Below are positions 16,829-29,303 of a stretch of 64,000 bases of DNA, one piece after another; within the stretch, counting starts at the first letter, position 1; every line of letters begins with the position of its first letter. The notes under the pieces are model-generated. The model had not been told where the DNA came from and made no database searches. It was given only the letters and a program-made list of their open reading frames with translations. The position numbers and the translations under genes are program-made. Source of the stretch: Ramazzottius varieornatus (lineage: Eukaryota > Animalia > Tardigrada); the NCBI GenBank assembly GCA_001949185.1, contig BDGG01000016.1:620001-684000 (forward strand), read 5' to 3'.

Positions 16829-17414
16829 TTATCTCTCGGACCTAGCCGGAATGGCTAGCAGCTCAGCTGAGACGATCGATTGCCAAGCGGACTTTGCGAC
16901 TACGTAATGGTTCTCGTGTTGCTGAACGGCGCACGGTAGAGTCTTTCAGCAGCTGCTGTCTGTAAACACAGGTAAAAAATACACGTCAGCGTACAGTACG
17001 CTTTTCTTATCAAACAAAACCAAGCCAGTCTGATGGTCCCGATAGAGTTTACGCCGCGCCTACTTTCTTGGCCAGTGAGTCTTTGGTACACCTCAACTCA
17101 AGGAAATTTCACTTAGACTATCGTAAAGCCATGTTGCCGAAGGAGAGTCCCTCAACGTTTACTGAATAGTATCAAATTCATGTTTTGCTGATGAATTCGA
17201 AAACCAGTATGCAACAAGCTCTAGCGCACGGTACCTGGGCTCGCGTACCAATGCTGCTGCAGGCAATTGAAAGAAAGAGCTCTTGTCCTAATTAGAAACC
17301 GAGCACCGCTTACGAAAGGAAACACCAGCATTGAAATACGCGTAGAAAAATGACAAGAACGAGCAATACGACACGAACCTGAAGGGGAATTTTTTACTGA
17401 CAAGTCTGTGCCCT

Positions 17415-17515
17415 ACAAAATCGTTTTTCCTAAGTGACGCACGCATCCACCCGATACCATCAATACGTGCGCCACTTGGGATAACAATCTTGACGAGTTT
17501 GTTTGTCGAGCTCCC
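17415..17515. repeat. Same palindromic family, upstream of the dome start exon (probably a 5' UTR intron)
   Basis: TTTTTCCTAAGTGACGCAC, 24-nt spacer, GTGCGCCACTTGGGATAAC...GTCGAGCTCCC. Confidence 0.78.
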
Positions 17516-20153
17516 ATTTTCTACAGTGTACTCGTAATGTTATCACTGTTAACCTCGGAAACTTCAGAATCAGCAACCAAAACATTTCAGCCTTTTATTT
17601 TCTTTATGAGTTCCAAGTTTCGTTTTGACGTCAGTTTCATTACCAGATGTAGAACGTTGCGCAGTTTCCCCGAAGAAACTTCGGCGAAAATTCCATTACA
17701 CGCTTCCTCATGTTAATAACATGCGCGAGAAAAACACAATTCAATCGCCGAGTTCAAGTCAGGAACGCACCGTGTCGTACGCCACGAGGAGTAAGGAGGA
17801 TGCCCAAGAAGCCATACCACGAACCCAACGCCCACGTACAATAGAATCACGAGGCTCACGGCTTTACAGCCGGGAGAGATTCAAGGCCGTGCGTCTGGCT
17901 TCTCTACTCTCCAACTGGGGAGCAAGTAGAGCATCAGAGCTATCGGTCGCATCCGGCCAACTGATCGATTAATCTGTCCCTGAATGAAGTGAGCGACTTG
18001 TTTATGCTAGCTCTAGTCGATACCGGCGCTACTCTTCCTGCATGCTCGTTATGTCGACCACTTTCTCGCAAAACCCCGACGCCCCTCAACGGAAACGAAG
18101 AAAAAGTCCTGCTAATTGCTCTACCCTACAAAAAAACATCGTTAAGAACCGGGCGTGTTCTCTTCGAAAATAGGAGGATCGTTGAACATGAAAGCCGGGT
18201 TCTCGGGAGTCAGCTGCGTATCTCGAGATACGTTCCACTCAAGTCACCCTACGACAGTAATCTGTTGTTGTAAGCATCGTTGCAATTTAATTGGCAGAGA
18301 ACCTGAAGGTGCCTTTCGACTTTAGTGAATGCCAGTCGAGACGACTGCGCAACTCACAAAAGAAAACACACTCGCGCTCGATACATTCACCACAACGTGA
18401 ACAACTAACACTGATTTCTCCCCTTTATTGCTCAAAGGACCTACGCGACATTACGCAAAGCTCTCCTGCTCCTCGTACCAGCTGTATAGTGTACACGGAC
18501 AACATTCCAAGAAGGAGAAGAGGGTATATTATACAATGTACAGCAGTGAGGGTCGTACCTTCAAAAGGTGGTAGAAGGGTCCAGCATTCCTCACTCCGAT
18601 CGTCCCTTCCGAGGCTGGTGGATCTTATCCCGTGTGTTCCTTCGATACGATAAAAGTATTCCACATCTTGAAAGACCTATAGAACACAAAAATGTGTGAT
18701 CTGAGTTTGTTTTGTACCTGTCGAGTGTCGAAGATAAATTGGCCACGGGGTATAATATTAATACCTTTTTTTCCGAGGATAAATTCAAGAATGCTTAGTA
18801 AGTTAGTACTGAGCGAGACGACGAGCATCAGCCTGAAAGAGTCAACATGGCATTGATGATTAGCAAGGTACCGATATCGCGAGATAGCATAATGTGGCTA
18901 GGAAAGACGAGAGGTATATCCAAGGTGGACAGAGTGTAAAGCGTTGAGGGAGATGAAGGTCGATCGCAGCCTTCAAGTGCTGCACAAACTGTAAGCACCT
19001 TAGCATATGCACCAGCATTTTCAATAAAAAGTTCCTACCGTGCGTATGTTGGTTATCCTTGACGTCAACAGATAGCAGGAGACCACGATGAGAACACAAT
19101 CGATTGAAGCTGCAACGATAAACGAGAAGATCTTCTCAGAAGTCAGAAAAAACAAAATAATTATTTTATTAGCATTCAGTAGAACACACTGGCCTGCAGA
19201 GGCCGCACTACCCAGGTCAGTCAATCAACGCATGAGTTGATGAGTAAAACGCAGGCAAGTTACAGCGGGACGGCGGTATGATTCCGCTTCGCCTAACTTA
19301 CTCTTGGTCAAGGCGAAGCTACTTCCACCTTCTAGTTACTGCTGGTGCGGGACTTTCAGAATTCCATGTCGAGGACTCCACGAGGGTTTCCGTTTCAAAT
19401 TTCGACTGTGCTGGTTTAGCCACAGCCTACGCCGCACTGAAAAAGCGTTTCACTGCCCGGGCCCGGGAGTCGAGATGCCAGCTGATTCCGCAAGGACAAA
19501 CTCTATGGCGAGAGATCTCGAGCACGGACAGCGGTGAAAACCAATTTACAGGCTTACATTCGACAGATTCGCTCATTCTCGAAACTGTCGTCTCACCCCT
19601 CCCACTCCAGAGCGAATTCGACTGTGTCTTCGAGATGTCCAGGTCTTGCCTGCGGAGAGTGAATATCTTCAGCAAAACGAGGATGCGAAGGTGCTGGCCA
19701 AACAGCAATGGAAGGTAAGATACGCTTTCCGGTGTACACGACTCTGACTTTGAGAAGTTTTTTACTTTACGAGCGATCAAAAACTGTCGGAATCTGACAT
19801 TGATCGCGTTTACACTTTCACCGTATTTTTACTGAAAGTGTCCCGGAGGACCATCCGTTTGTCCAGTGCGAAGGACATATCAAACGAAAACAGGAACTCC
19901 ATTCATCGAGATCTTCGACTGGAAATTTGCTCGTACTTCGACGCCATTGTACGATCACGCAGGTAAAAACGCTCGTTTTCTAGTGGCCAAACGCACTACA
20001 TCAAAATAATGTTCCAGAGTTTGCCAGCGGTGGACCGAACGGTGTACCTCCTGATGAATTCGTACTCGCTAATATACTGGCGAGCTCGAGATGGGGGGAA
20101 CCACCTGCCTGTACTTACGAGTCAATTACTTCCTACATAATTCCGTCCCTTAA

Positions 20154-20672
20154 CACTTTCAGCACGATCGTTTTCATGTTTGCAGAATACTACCGTCCTC
20201 TTTGTGTATACAGGAATTTCATTGGCTGGTACCGTGTTGCGGAGGCTGGTCCAACCAATAGAAAATTTTCAAACTTTCAAATTCGGCAGGCCATGAACGC
20301 CAAATCTCAAAAGGGAGAACTGGTCGTCCTGATTTTCTTCTGACCGCACTGATGACTACAAAGTTTATCCCAGGCTCGGCTTCGATAGATAAGACTGTCC
20401 CAAGTTGCTCCAGTTTTTTTTAAGCGAATACCGTGCACGTGTTTCGCGCGAAGAGACGAAACACCAAATTTCACCAAAACCGCCCGAAACCGTAGAAAAA
20501 ATTTCCAGCGTGCTGGGGCTTTGCTGACCGCTGGTCATTAGTGTTGCTTTGGTGAGAAGACCGAGGTACATGCAAACAAAAAGACCCAGACCCGAAAGAC
20601 CAAAAGCTAAAACTGGGAGCTGAATAAAACTGATTGATTGTATACACAAAGAGGACGGTCGTACACAGAGTG
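20154..20672. mobile_element. piggyBac-like MITE
   Basis: TTAA on both sides (20150-53, 20673-76), CACT...AGTG termini, near-perfect 25-bp inverted repeat at 20188-20212 / 20639-20663. Confidence 0.6.
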
Positions 20673-21498
20673 TTAATATGAACGACGCACCTTAAGCTTG
20701 TGCGGCTCACAAAGTCAACAGCGACGAAGTATTCTGCAGTCCCTCATACAAATCGAATGGAAGTAGCCCAGCTGTATCATACTGAAAGTTTTTGATACAT
20801 GGGAAACTCTGTCCGGCACCGGCGCTCATCCGTACGTATATCAAGCCGGGATATTTCAGCCGCTATTTTCCTAAAGGGCGCAACATCCAACAACATTGCG
20901 CACGTAGGTAAGTCTTAGGTGAATATTGCATGCATTATTAACAAGGCCCGATGGCTCTGCACGTAGGTGTTCGTCTTCACGGTGCTGCTTTTTTAGGTGG
21001 GGATCGACTCCCATCAGATTCTTGCATACCAACAATTCCTGCAAGCGATGAAGACGGAACGAGACGGCCCCCGTACAAGCCGAAAGACAAGTACTGTAGT
21101 TTCTAGTCTGCTTTACTGTTTTAAACGTTCGAGAAAGCTGTAAATCCAGAGAAGACCACACAGATGCTGCGGCGTATACAAATCACGAGTTGATCGTGGA
21201 AAGACAATCTCTCCTACTTGCTCTGTAAATGTAAGACGCAAGACAAAAACTGGACTGACTTTTGATTGTTCAATCAGCCCATGGGTCGCCGAGAGCCGCG
21301 CGGCTTTTGCAATGTATCATTATGCCAAAGTGTCCTGTGAGCAAGATGTTTGTCAGTGGTGTCTGTAGTAAACCTCTCTGGCTCAACTTCTTTTCCCCCA
21401 ACAGCGCCTGGAATTATTCGATCGTACTGTATTTCGTGGCCGAATTCAAAGTATACAAGTACAAAAAAACTACCAAATATCCCAACGACTGCCTTCCT

Positions 21499-24400
21499 TT
21501 AAACACGCACCCACTGGACAAATTTGCGAAAGGTATCTACAACAGCCGGCATGATTGCCGTCAAACTAACGTCTATCAAATTCTGCAAGTACAACACAGC
21601 CTCTTCGTCGTTCAAATCTAGCCTGAACTTATCCTGAATCTGAAAACCAAATCGTCCACCATTAGTTTCGAACTTTCAGTCGACACGAGACGAAAGGGAT
21701 CAAAGACTGAACAGAACTCACCTTTCTTACAGTCTTGTCCGGCTCCAAAGCAATATCCGCAATATTGGAATCGACCATCAGCGAAAACAAGTTTAGAATC
21801 AAATTTGCCGATCTGAAAAACGAAACGCCGTTGGCTAAGAGCGGATCACAAAGTAACAGGATACGAAGTCTCTTACCGACGTAAGTTGAGGAACGCCGAA
21901 TAGCACTGCACGCAGAACGTTCTGAAATATTCTTCGCCCATAGCTTCCACCATTTCCTTGTTCAGCTTCATGGCCGGCGGCATCGGTTTAGGGTCTCTGC
22001 CCAAAATATAGCCAAAGTCGATGTGGAACAGGTTGCCCTGCTTGGTCAAGAGCAAGTTCTCCAAGTGCCGGTCGCCAACGCCCAGCAGGTACGTCACCAC
22101 ACAGTAGCCCGCGCAACTCTTGACGTAGTTCTCCATCACTTCAGTGGAGACACCGCTGGCGGTGGTCTTACTTGGGGCGTGCTTGCGAAGGAAGTTGAGG
22201 ATGCTGAAGTCATTGGCTAGGATCTCGGCTAAAGGTACCGAATCGATGAACTGGACGAAACCGTGGTCCGTACTGGTAGCGATCACTTTGTAGGGTGTCA
22301 ACTTTAGGTCCAGATTTTCCTGCCTTAACAGCTGTAAAGCAACACAATGACAATTAAACTAAATCATTAATATAAAAATAATAAAAAGATGAAAACGGAT
22401 ACCAGGAGCAGACATTGGGAGCTCGGCTAACAAGCTCGACAAGAGATTATTTTCTCAAGCGGCGCACATCGTCCGTGATACTGGCTAGAATGGCGCGCCA
22501 CTTGGGAAAACGATTTAGTCGAATTTCTCTGCCGAGCTCCCGAGTATAAGAAAAGAAAACGTTGAAATACTAGACAGTCAAAATCACATCGAATTGCAAA
22601 TCTTCAGTAATGGATGCATTATTGTACCTTGTCCATGAGGGAAATGATCTGTAAGACCAGTTGATCTTGTCGGAGGTCGTCTCCCAGTTTGAAGATGGTG
22701 ACAAAGTCCGACCCGTCTTCCTTGACGAAAGTCAACCTTACCGGCATCTGCGCACTCTTGAACAGGTACGTGGCATCTGCTCTGATGCCGGCCACAACCA
22801 CGTCAGGGTCCAGCGGGTGAGCTAGTGGGTCGTCTTGCGAGAAGCATTTGCAAAAGTCCGAATCGGGGTTGGCCAGTATCGTCTGCAGAAGAAACGATCC
22901 GAATTATTTCAGTTTCGCCGCAGTACTGCAGTAAAGTATTTAAACCAAAAATCGAGAGCTTGGTAAACGGACTCAACTAGATCTCTCTTTCTGGTGACGC
23001 ATTCTATCATCCAACAACACTGAGAACGTTCGCCACTTGGACAACTGCTCCGGATCGCTTTTCCAAGTGGCGCATGCTATCAGCCAATTAAACGAAAACC
23101 GTGCGCAGTTTAAGGGAAACGATTCAATCGAGCTTGTCAGCCGAGCTCTCAATGTTCTGAAAATCTACCTGAAGTCTTTCGGTCTTCTTTTTCCGGTTGG
23201 CTCCATCCTTTCGAATGTCTCTCATCAACCGGACAAGTCTTTCAACAAAGACCAGTTGACGCGACAGCGTCGTACGGATGGACTTGCAGATTTCCCCGCC
23301 TTGTGTCAAGGTGTTACTGAAACGCTTCGTGACGACAAGGAAGGTCCCCATCAGGCGGTTGTCCTGGTGCTCAGGAGACGGATCCGCAGTCTGGCGATCC
23401 TTCTCGCATTCTACTTTGAGGAACCAGTAGAAGTAGTTCGCCAGTTTTGGGTTACGACAACTTCGGTCGATGAGGAATGTGGCCAAGTCACGCTTTCTCG
23501 GTACCATTTCCATACCTTCTCCAATCTGTACCAAAAACTTCTGTTGAGGTACCACCTTGTATTTTTATTCCTTTCATTTGAGCATATTTTCTGTTTCGGA
23601 ATTGGAAGTGGGCAACAAGGTGAAAGATATTGTTATCTCAAGTGGCGCACGCATCCATTGTCTTCGGCCAGAAGTGTGCGAAACTTGGCCAGCGATCTGG
23701 TTTGAACCACTTGCCCACGTCCCAATCCATCTTCATATTATTTTTTGAGTTCCTCATTTGTTTTGTTCATTTGGGCCCCTAAAACAATCTTCTTACCGGT
23801 TCAGTGTTCTTATCCGCGATGCTTTCCTTTCTTCCGGTGGACATGACAGCATGGCTGATTCGAACCAGCCCATTGCGGATTTCTAGGATATCTTCGTACC
23901 GTAGTGCTTGAATTAGTTGCAGCAGGTACAACAAAAGGTCGTCATCGGAAGCATCGGCCAGACGGTCGACAGCGTACTGCCTAATGACCGGGTTGGTGAA
24001 CCGGGAAGTTAGTAAGGCCAGTGCGTCGCCGGGGTCCGCTGGCACCCACTGGAACAACATCTTCTCGGCCTGCACCTGCTCTGCTGGAATGTGCCAGTTG
24101 ACGCATGACAGGAACTTGATCAGCGCTCGCTTGTTCTGACTCAAGTAAAATCTGAAAATAACACCGAAATAAGCCAAAATGAACAAGTAAATCTAAACGG
24201 GCATAAAAAGTTTCAACGACGGGCATAAGCCATAAGGTACTGTAAAACGAAACGTTTCGAAAAATACTACTGGTTGTGACATAATGTATACAGGAAATCG
24301 CCCAGTACATCGCACAATGCGTGCTTGCCTTGAACAAACTTCAGATATTAGTAAAAAGAACACAAATAAACAATCAAAAAGATGTAGCACCAACTTTTCT

Positions 24401-26149
24401 GTTTCTGCAGCGCGGCACTTTCAGCTTGGGAAGGTACAAACCTGTAACGCCAGACCAAGTCCTGTTCTTCCGAAGTCAGCGGTTGATCCGGCGGATATGC
24501 CAAGATGACGGTGAGCTGTTCCCGGGCGAGGCTATTGGGCTTGAGCTCGCGATCGGAAGCGCCGCTACGGACATTGCGAGCCAGAATGTGGTGCTTCCTT
24601 TCGATCACATTGGGCTGCGATACAGACATAGTATTAGTACAGACATTTGTGACAATCTTATAGAATGATAGATGGTGTGGGAAAGAGTACAGAAGGTAGC
24701 ATGACAGCGCACCTTGTCCAGTTCGCCATCGAAGACTTTGACAACCGTCGGCGTCACCAAACATTCCACGCGTCGGTCCGCTCCCTAGGAACCTCTACAG
24801 TTAACCAAGGTCGATCGGAATGATTAACGAACAAAAGCGCAGAATTCACCGAATTTTAATAGATCAGGAAATTCGAGAGGAAATATTCAAATACTCGATA
24901 TTCCAGGTCGCGGACACGTGCAGCCGAAAACAATGCAAACGTGCGCCACTTGGAAAAGCGATCATCTCCGATCCATTTGCTGACCCAAATCCGAAATTTC
25001 TTTAAACATTTGTGACATACCTCTTCGTAGTAGATCACTGTCACTTCCTTTTCGTCCACAGTGATGGGCGGAAACTCCACGCGCAAAAACATGGAGTTCA
25101 TCTCTTTCTTCTCGCGTTCGTTAATATGTTCCAGTTCGCGGAATGTAAGCTTATCCAGCCAGTCGACGTTACGTATGCGACCACTTCTGTGCCTTTTCAC
25201 GAGCTAAAATCGAAACAGCACTGGTCAGAGCATATCAACCACATTTCAGGTAAAGTTGGAAAGTATCAATGCTTACTTTCGCAAGTCGTCCCATTTGACG
25301 ACCGTCATCTCTGATCTTGCCAGGAGTCGAGTTCGAAGCTGATCCATCACCGTGCACCTTGGGCCAGACAAATAGATCCAAATTCCCACAGCGCAACTTG
25401 CTGAAACCATCATAGCGTTAGCTAATTTATCGAGTTGGACGTATCTGTGGAAGATCGCTTAACGTACCCGGTCTTTCCGAAGGCGGAAATGGTCGTACCG
25501 CCAACTGGTTTGACCTGGTACGGTCCATCCATTTCGTAAAGCGTGAAAACCAAGAGAGTATCCCGAGGAAGATCGCAAATGTGAATGGGTAACCGAAGCC
25601 ACTCGTTCCACCTGCAAAAAGAAACAATTTCCCTGTTAGAACGGCTTATCCGTTTAAGTCGCGCAGTGACGTCACTGCGGTGACGCAAAACCCTCGCATG
25701 TACCCAACGTCATGCGTGCTACCTCGTAAAGTTTTAGAAAGAAAAAGATCTACATCAAAACGTTCCCCACGCTATCTGACCATTTCTAGCACAATGGTTT
25801 CTTACGTGATTCGTTTGGTGAAAGCCTTGTGACGAGTTTTGGTGTCCAGCGTGATGATTTTTCCTCTCGAGTACAGCTGGCACTGCACAACAATTTCGGG
25901 TAGCTGGTCGACGTCGGGCTCGTTAAAGCGTCGAACTGGATTCTCCAGCAGCTCTTCGGTTGACAAGCGAGAAGGTGATCCATCCAAGCCACATCTGTAA
26001 GGCAACAAAACAGTGAGAACGATCTGAAGCAAGGTTGAAAGCAACGGAAACGGGGATACTCACACTTTGATCAGCAAGCTGGAGCTCAGATCCCGACTGA
26101 GCACATACTGGCTCTTGTAGTCGGGGGTGATGTAGTCCGATACATTCAT
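21499..26149 (-). CDS. PIK3C3: Class III phosphatidylinositol 3-kinase Vps34, multi-exon
   Basis: C2 domain ([28 protein letters not shown]), helical domain ([38 protein letters not shown]), kinase domain ([64 protein letters not shown]), C-terminus [15 protein letters not shown]. The last codons are uncertain. Confidence 0.96.
22417..22541. repeat. Best-preserved copy of the palindromic family, Vps34 intron
   Basis: Perfect 11-bp outer inverted repeat GGGAGCTCGGC / GCCGAGCTCCC; inner TTTTCTCAAGCGGCGCAC, 25-nt spacer, GCGCGCCACTTGGGAAAA. Confidence 0.88.
22954..23150. repeat. Same family, two inner units within one pair of outer arms, Vps34 intron
   Basis: Outer GAGAGCTTGG / CCGAGCTCTC; spacers 23003-23027 and 23076-23100, 25 nt each. 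Confidence 0.82.
23608..23718. repeat. Same family, Vps34 intron
   Basis: Outer GTGGGCAA / TTGCCCAC; TCTCAAGTGGCGCAC, 25-nt spacer, GTGCGAAACTTGG. Confidence 0.78.
24890..24985. repeat. Same family, Vps34 intron
   Basis: TTCCAGGTCGCGGAC, 25-nt spacer, GTGCGCCACTTGGAAAAGCGATC. Confidence 0.72.
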
Positions 26150-26979
26150 CCTAATGTTGACGATATCACACGATAGACATTTCTTCTAGATTTCATCAGT
26201 CAAGAGCAGAACGATTAGCAGACTCAAAGGAGTCGAAACTCTAAACACAGAACGAAAACAAATCCGCACTGTCAGGCCCAGCTGATCTCAGTCTCATACC
26301 ACCGTGACGCCATACCATCCTGACCAACGTCGTGTTCGCTCGGCGTCTAATCAGGCAATCAGTCGTTCAAAAACCCGAAACTACGAGTAGCCCAAGACGT
26401 CGTGTTTCATCTTTTGCCTCTCCATCCATCGGCGTCAGGCATCTTGTTTCTCAAGCTCTATCACCCTCACCGGGAGCAAGCCTATGCACAGGATACTGCA
26501 GATCAAGCTTGAAAAACGACAGGAACGACACTTATTGTAGCAGTGAAGAATATATTCGTTCTTTGTCAGTTGGCTCACTTGGCTGAATGAACTCCTGCCA
26601 CGACGAGCTGGACCAGGAAGTCTGAGCTCGACGAGAGTCGGTGAGAACGCCAGACCTCAGCGACGAATAGCTTACCCATCGCGGGCTTGCGGTAAGGAAT
26701 TTTTTCCACTGGGAAATTACAAAAACCTTATGATGCTAGTTAGCGACGTCGCTCGAGGCACAACGTCTATTGCGGGCGAAAATGGAAACTATGGACCACT
26801 TTTCATGTATAACAATAACAACGATCCAGCATAATATACGGTTCTTTGATGCCGTCATCACCATGTTATCTTTTTAGAAATGGTATCCTTGATACCTCAG
26901 TTAGATCACGGTTTGATAGCCAAACACTGAACTGAACAGTAAACCGCGTGCGTGCCTGCGAGGTTCGATAAAAAATATG

Positions 26980-27870
26980 GCCCCAGTGAGGCAGGAAGTA
27001 AAACAACAGGAGTAATGTAGAATGAACGAAGGCTCGGTCTCCCGAGGACTTTTCAGGTTTGCTATCCAACCTGTTCACAGGGGACTTTTGTTGCACATGT
27101 CACCGGCGCACGTGCAGGTCTCCACTGTCGCCTCGGTGTAATGTTCCGTACGACAGCTTGTGTCTAAGTCCCAGCGGTCGGTAATGCAACTACGCTTTGC
27201 GTATGTGACATGAGCTGCAACAACTGTATCTGTTTTCATACCCGCAGTGGTTGTAATAACGTCCTGACATCCGTATGAGGTGGCACACGAAAACTGCGAA
27301 TCATTTTCGCATCGAGACAAGTACCTCCACCGCGGGCGCCTTGGATGGCCACTTCGTCTTCTGCGTCTGGGAAACAGGCCTAGCACCGGTAATACATCGA
27401 AGGTAGTGGAGGCTCGTGAGGTTCTGTCCCGGAGCTTCCTCATCAGTGCCGCAGTAAGCGGAGGAGCACTGGCAGTTTGTGGTCACGATGGCGCTGTCAA
27501 ATTGAGGAGATTCATGTGCGACAGAAGAGCAACCCACTGGAGAAACCGCATCTGCACAATGTCGCATAGTTGCGACCACTCCCACGCGAGGCGTAAAAGA
27601 ACGTGAGGCCACAGAATTTAATACGATACAGTCGACAAAAATTTATACGAAATTGTGTAAGTCCGTATCCTTGCAGTGGAGACCACACATCAGGACACAA
27701 CTAACTCGGTTTTCCACGACGCCCGCGTTTTGCAAGTAAGAAAACGGGCAAGCTGAGGTGAGTTGCTCTTTAGGACTGGAGGGATGCACGAACGGCAAGG
27801 CACCCCCTAAACAACCTCGAACATGGCTGCGGACTGCGATACCGTACCGTTCAAATGTATAACTAGCCAA
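26980..27870 (-). pseudogene. Frameshifted multi-domain Ly6/three-finger (quiver-like) gene
   Basis: Cys-rich modules (RHCAD..VGCS...TTNCQCSSAYCG; CQDVIT...KRSC...SCRT...VETCTCAGDMCN) and a GPI-like hydrophobic tail (HSTLLLLFYFL) lie in three different frames with no obvious introns between them. Confidence 0.45.
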
Positions 27871-28504
27871 TTAATGAAACTATTCATGATAAGCAAACGT
27901 GGATGATTTTTATTTGGGCATGTTGAGGTCGTCTGATCGCATCGATGGGTGACGTCGATACAGCTAGACTCGAGGTGGTACACAGTCTGGGTGTGATACC
28001 AAAGAGGAAGTGACGGCTCGGTGCACCAGCCTTCCACCTGTTCCTCTGAGCTGCACCGGTCCCGTTAGCGAGCTCAGAGACCCCCTTTTATTGAGAAATA
28101 AAAAGCCGAAGGGCATGAAGGGTGGGATGGCGGTTGAAAAATTCGTGAGATGCAAAGAGCGCGAATGAAATTGTGTATGAAGAATGTTCCGTCGAGAGAG
28201 CTTCGTGAACATATTCATGTGGGACAATCCCTGCCGGGAAGCAGGAGGAGTCAACAGCCGGCCATGGCGAGTTACTGGATAGAGTTAGCGAATAAGGAAG
28301 TACAGTGAGCTGACCAGCAAGAGTACGCGTATGCGGCGCACGTGTACATTGCGCCGCATACACGTATCAGAACAGTCCAGGGAAAACGCTTGTCATTCAA
28401 AAAACATTAACCACAATTATCGCTAAGGACAATAATTTTCAAATATTGCACAGCTATCGTTTCCGTACAATGAAAGGGATCTAACACTGTTGATGGGTTG
28501 AATA

Positions 28505-28811
28505 AAGTGCTGGCAACGATACGGTATACCTATATCGTATCGAAATATATCGAAACTTTGCGATAAAATATGCGGCAGATATCGTATCGACAATATCGAT
28601 ATAAAACTCGTATCGAATAATGCAATAAAATATTCGGCGATATCGTATCGCGCTTTATCGATATATTTTCGATATATCGAAACTACGGTAACGGAAAAAC
28701 ATCGTTTTAAAATATCGATATCGAATGAATATCGAAGACGGCAATAAAATATCCGCCGATATCGTATCGGAAAATATCGCATCGGATTTTATCGTATTTT
28801 TGCCAGGACTA
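28505..28811. mobile_element. hAT-type MITE filled with TATCG/CGATA repeats
   Basis: TIR AAGTGCTGGCAA / TTGCCAGGACTA; 8-bp TSD GTTGAATA / GTTGGATA (7 of 8 match); TATCGATA at 28594, 28656 and 28713. Confidence 0.75.
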
Positions 28812-29303
28812 GTTGGATAGTTGGATGGATCCCCAACTTGTTTCAGAGATCGAAGCGTCACCAGCCTAGGTTGGGTTTTTGCTCGCTTCACTCCCGTGTG
28901 CCAAGCATGAAATTTCCAGAGGGTGGTACGTGCCCTCGGTGCAGCGGGGAGCCAACTCCGCTTCGTGTTGATAGTCTCTAGTGTATGTCTCACTTCTTTA
29001 TTGCTGTGAGATTGTACCACACAGGCGTACGTAATCCAAAGTGAGAAGTTGACTGAGAGCAAATACGACGAAAGTAGTTGATACATACTTTACGCTGTAC
29101 GTATTATTCTTCCGAAGTCCTTTTCTGTGTAGAAATAGCACTACACTGTGGAACAAATAACAAACATAAGTCTCGCAACAAAAAGGTAGTAACAGTAAAT
29201 TCAAAGGCGTCGAACTGCAATCTGGGACCGGGTTCTGCAAAAGATAAACTTCCAACTAACAAAAAAATTCAAAAAGTGAAGCTGCTCTTGAACGAGAAAA
29301 GGA

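Noticed and set aside
22417-22541. The palindromic family as introner elements that create introns
   Set aside because: Element ends do not coincide with splice sites; ordinary intron sequence flanks the copies on both sides.
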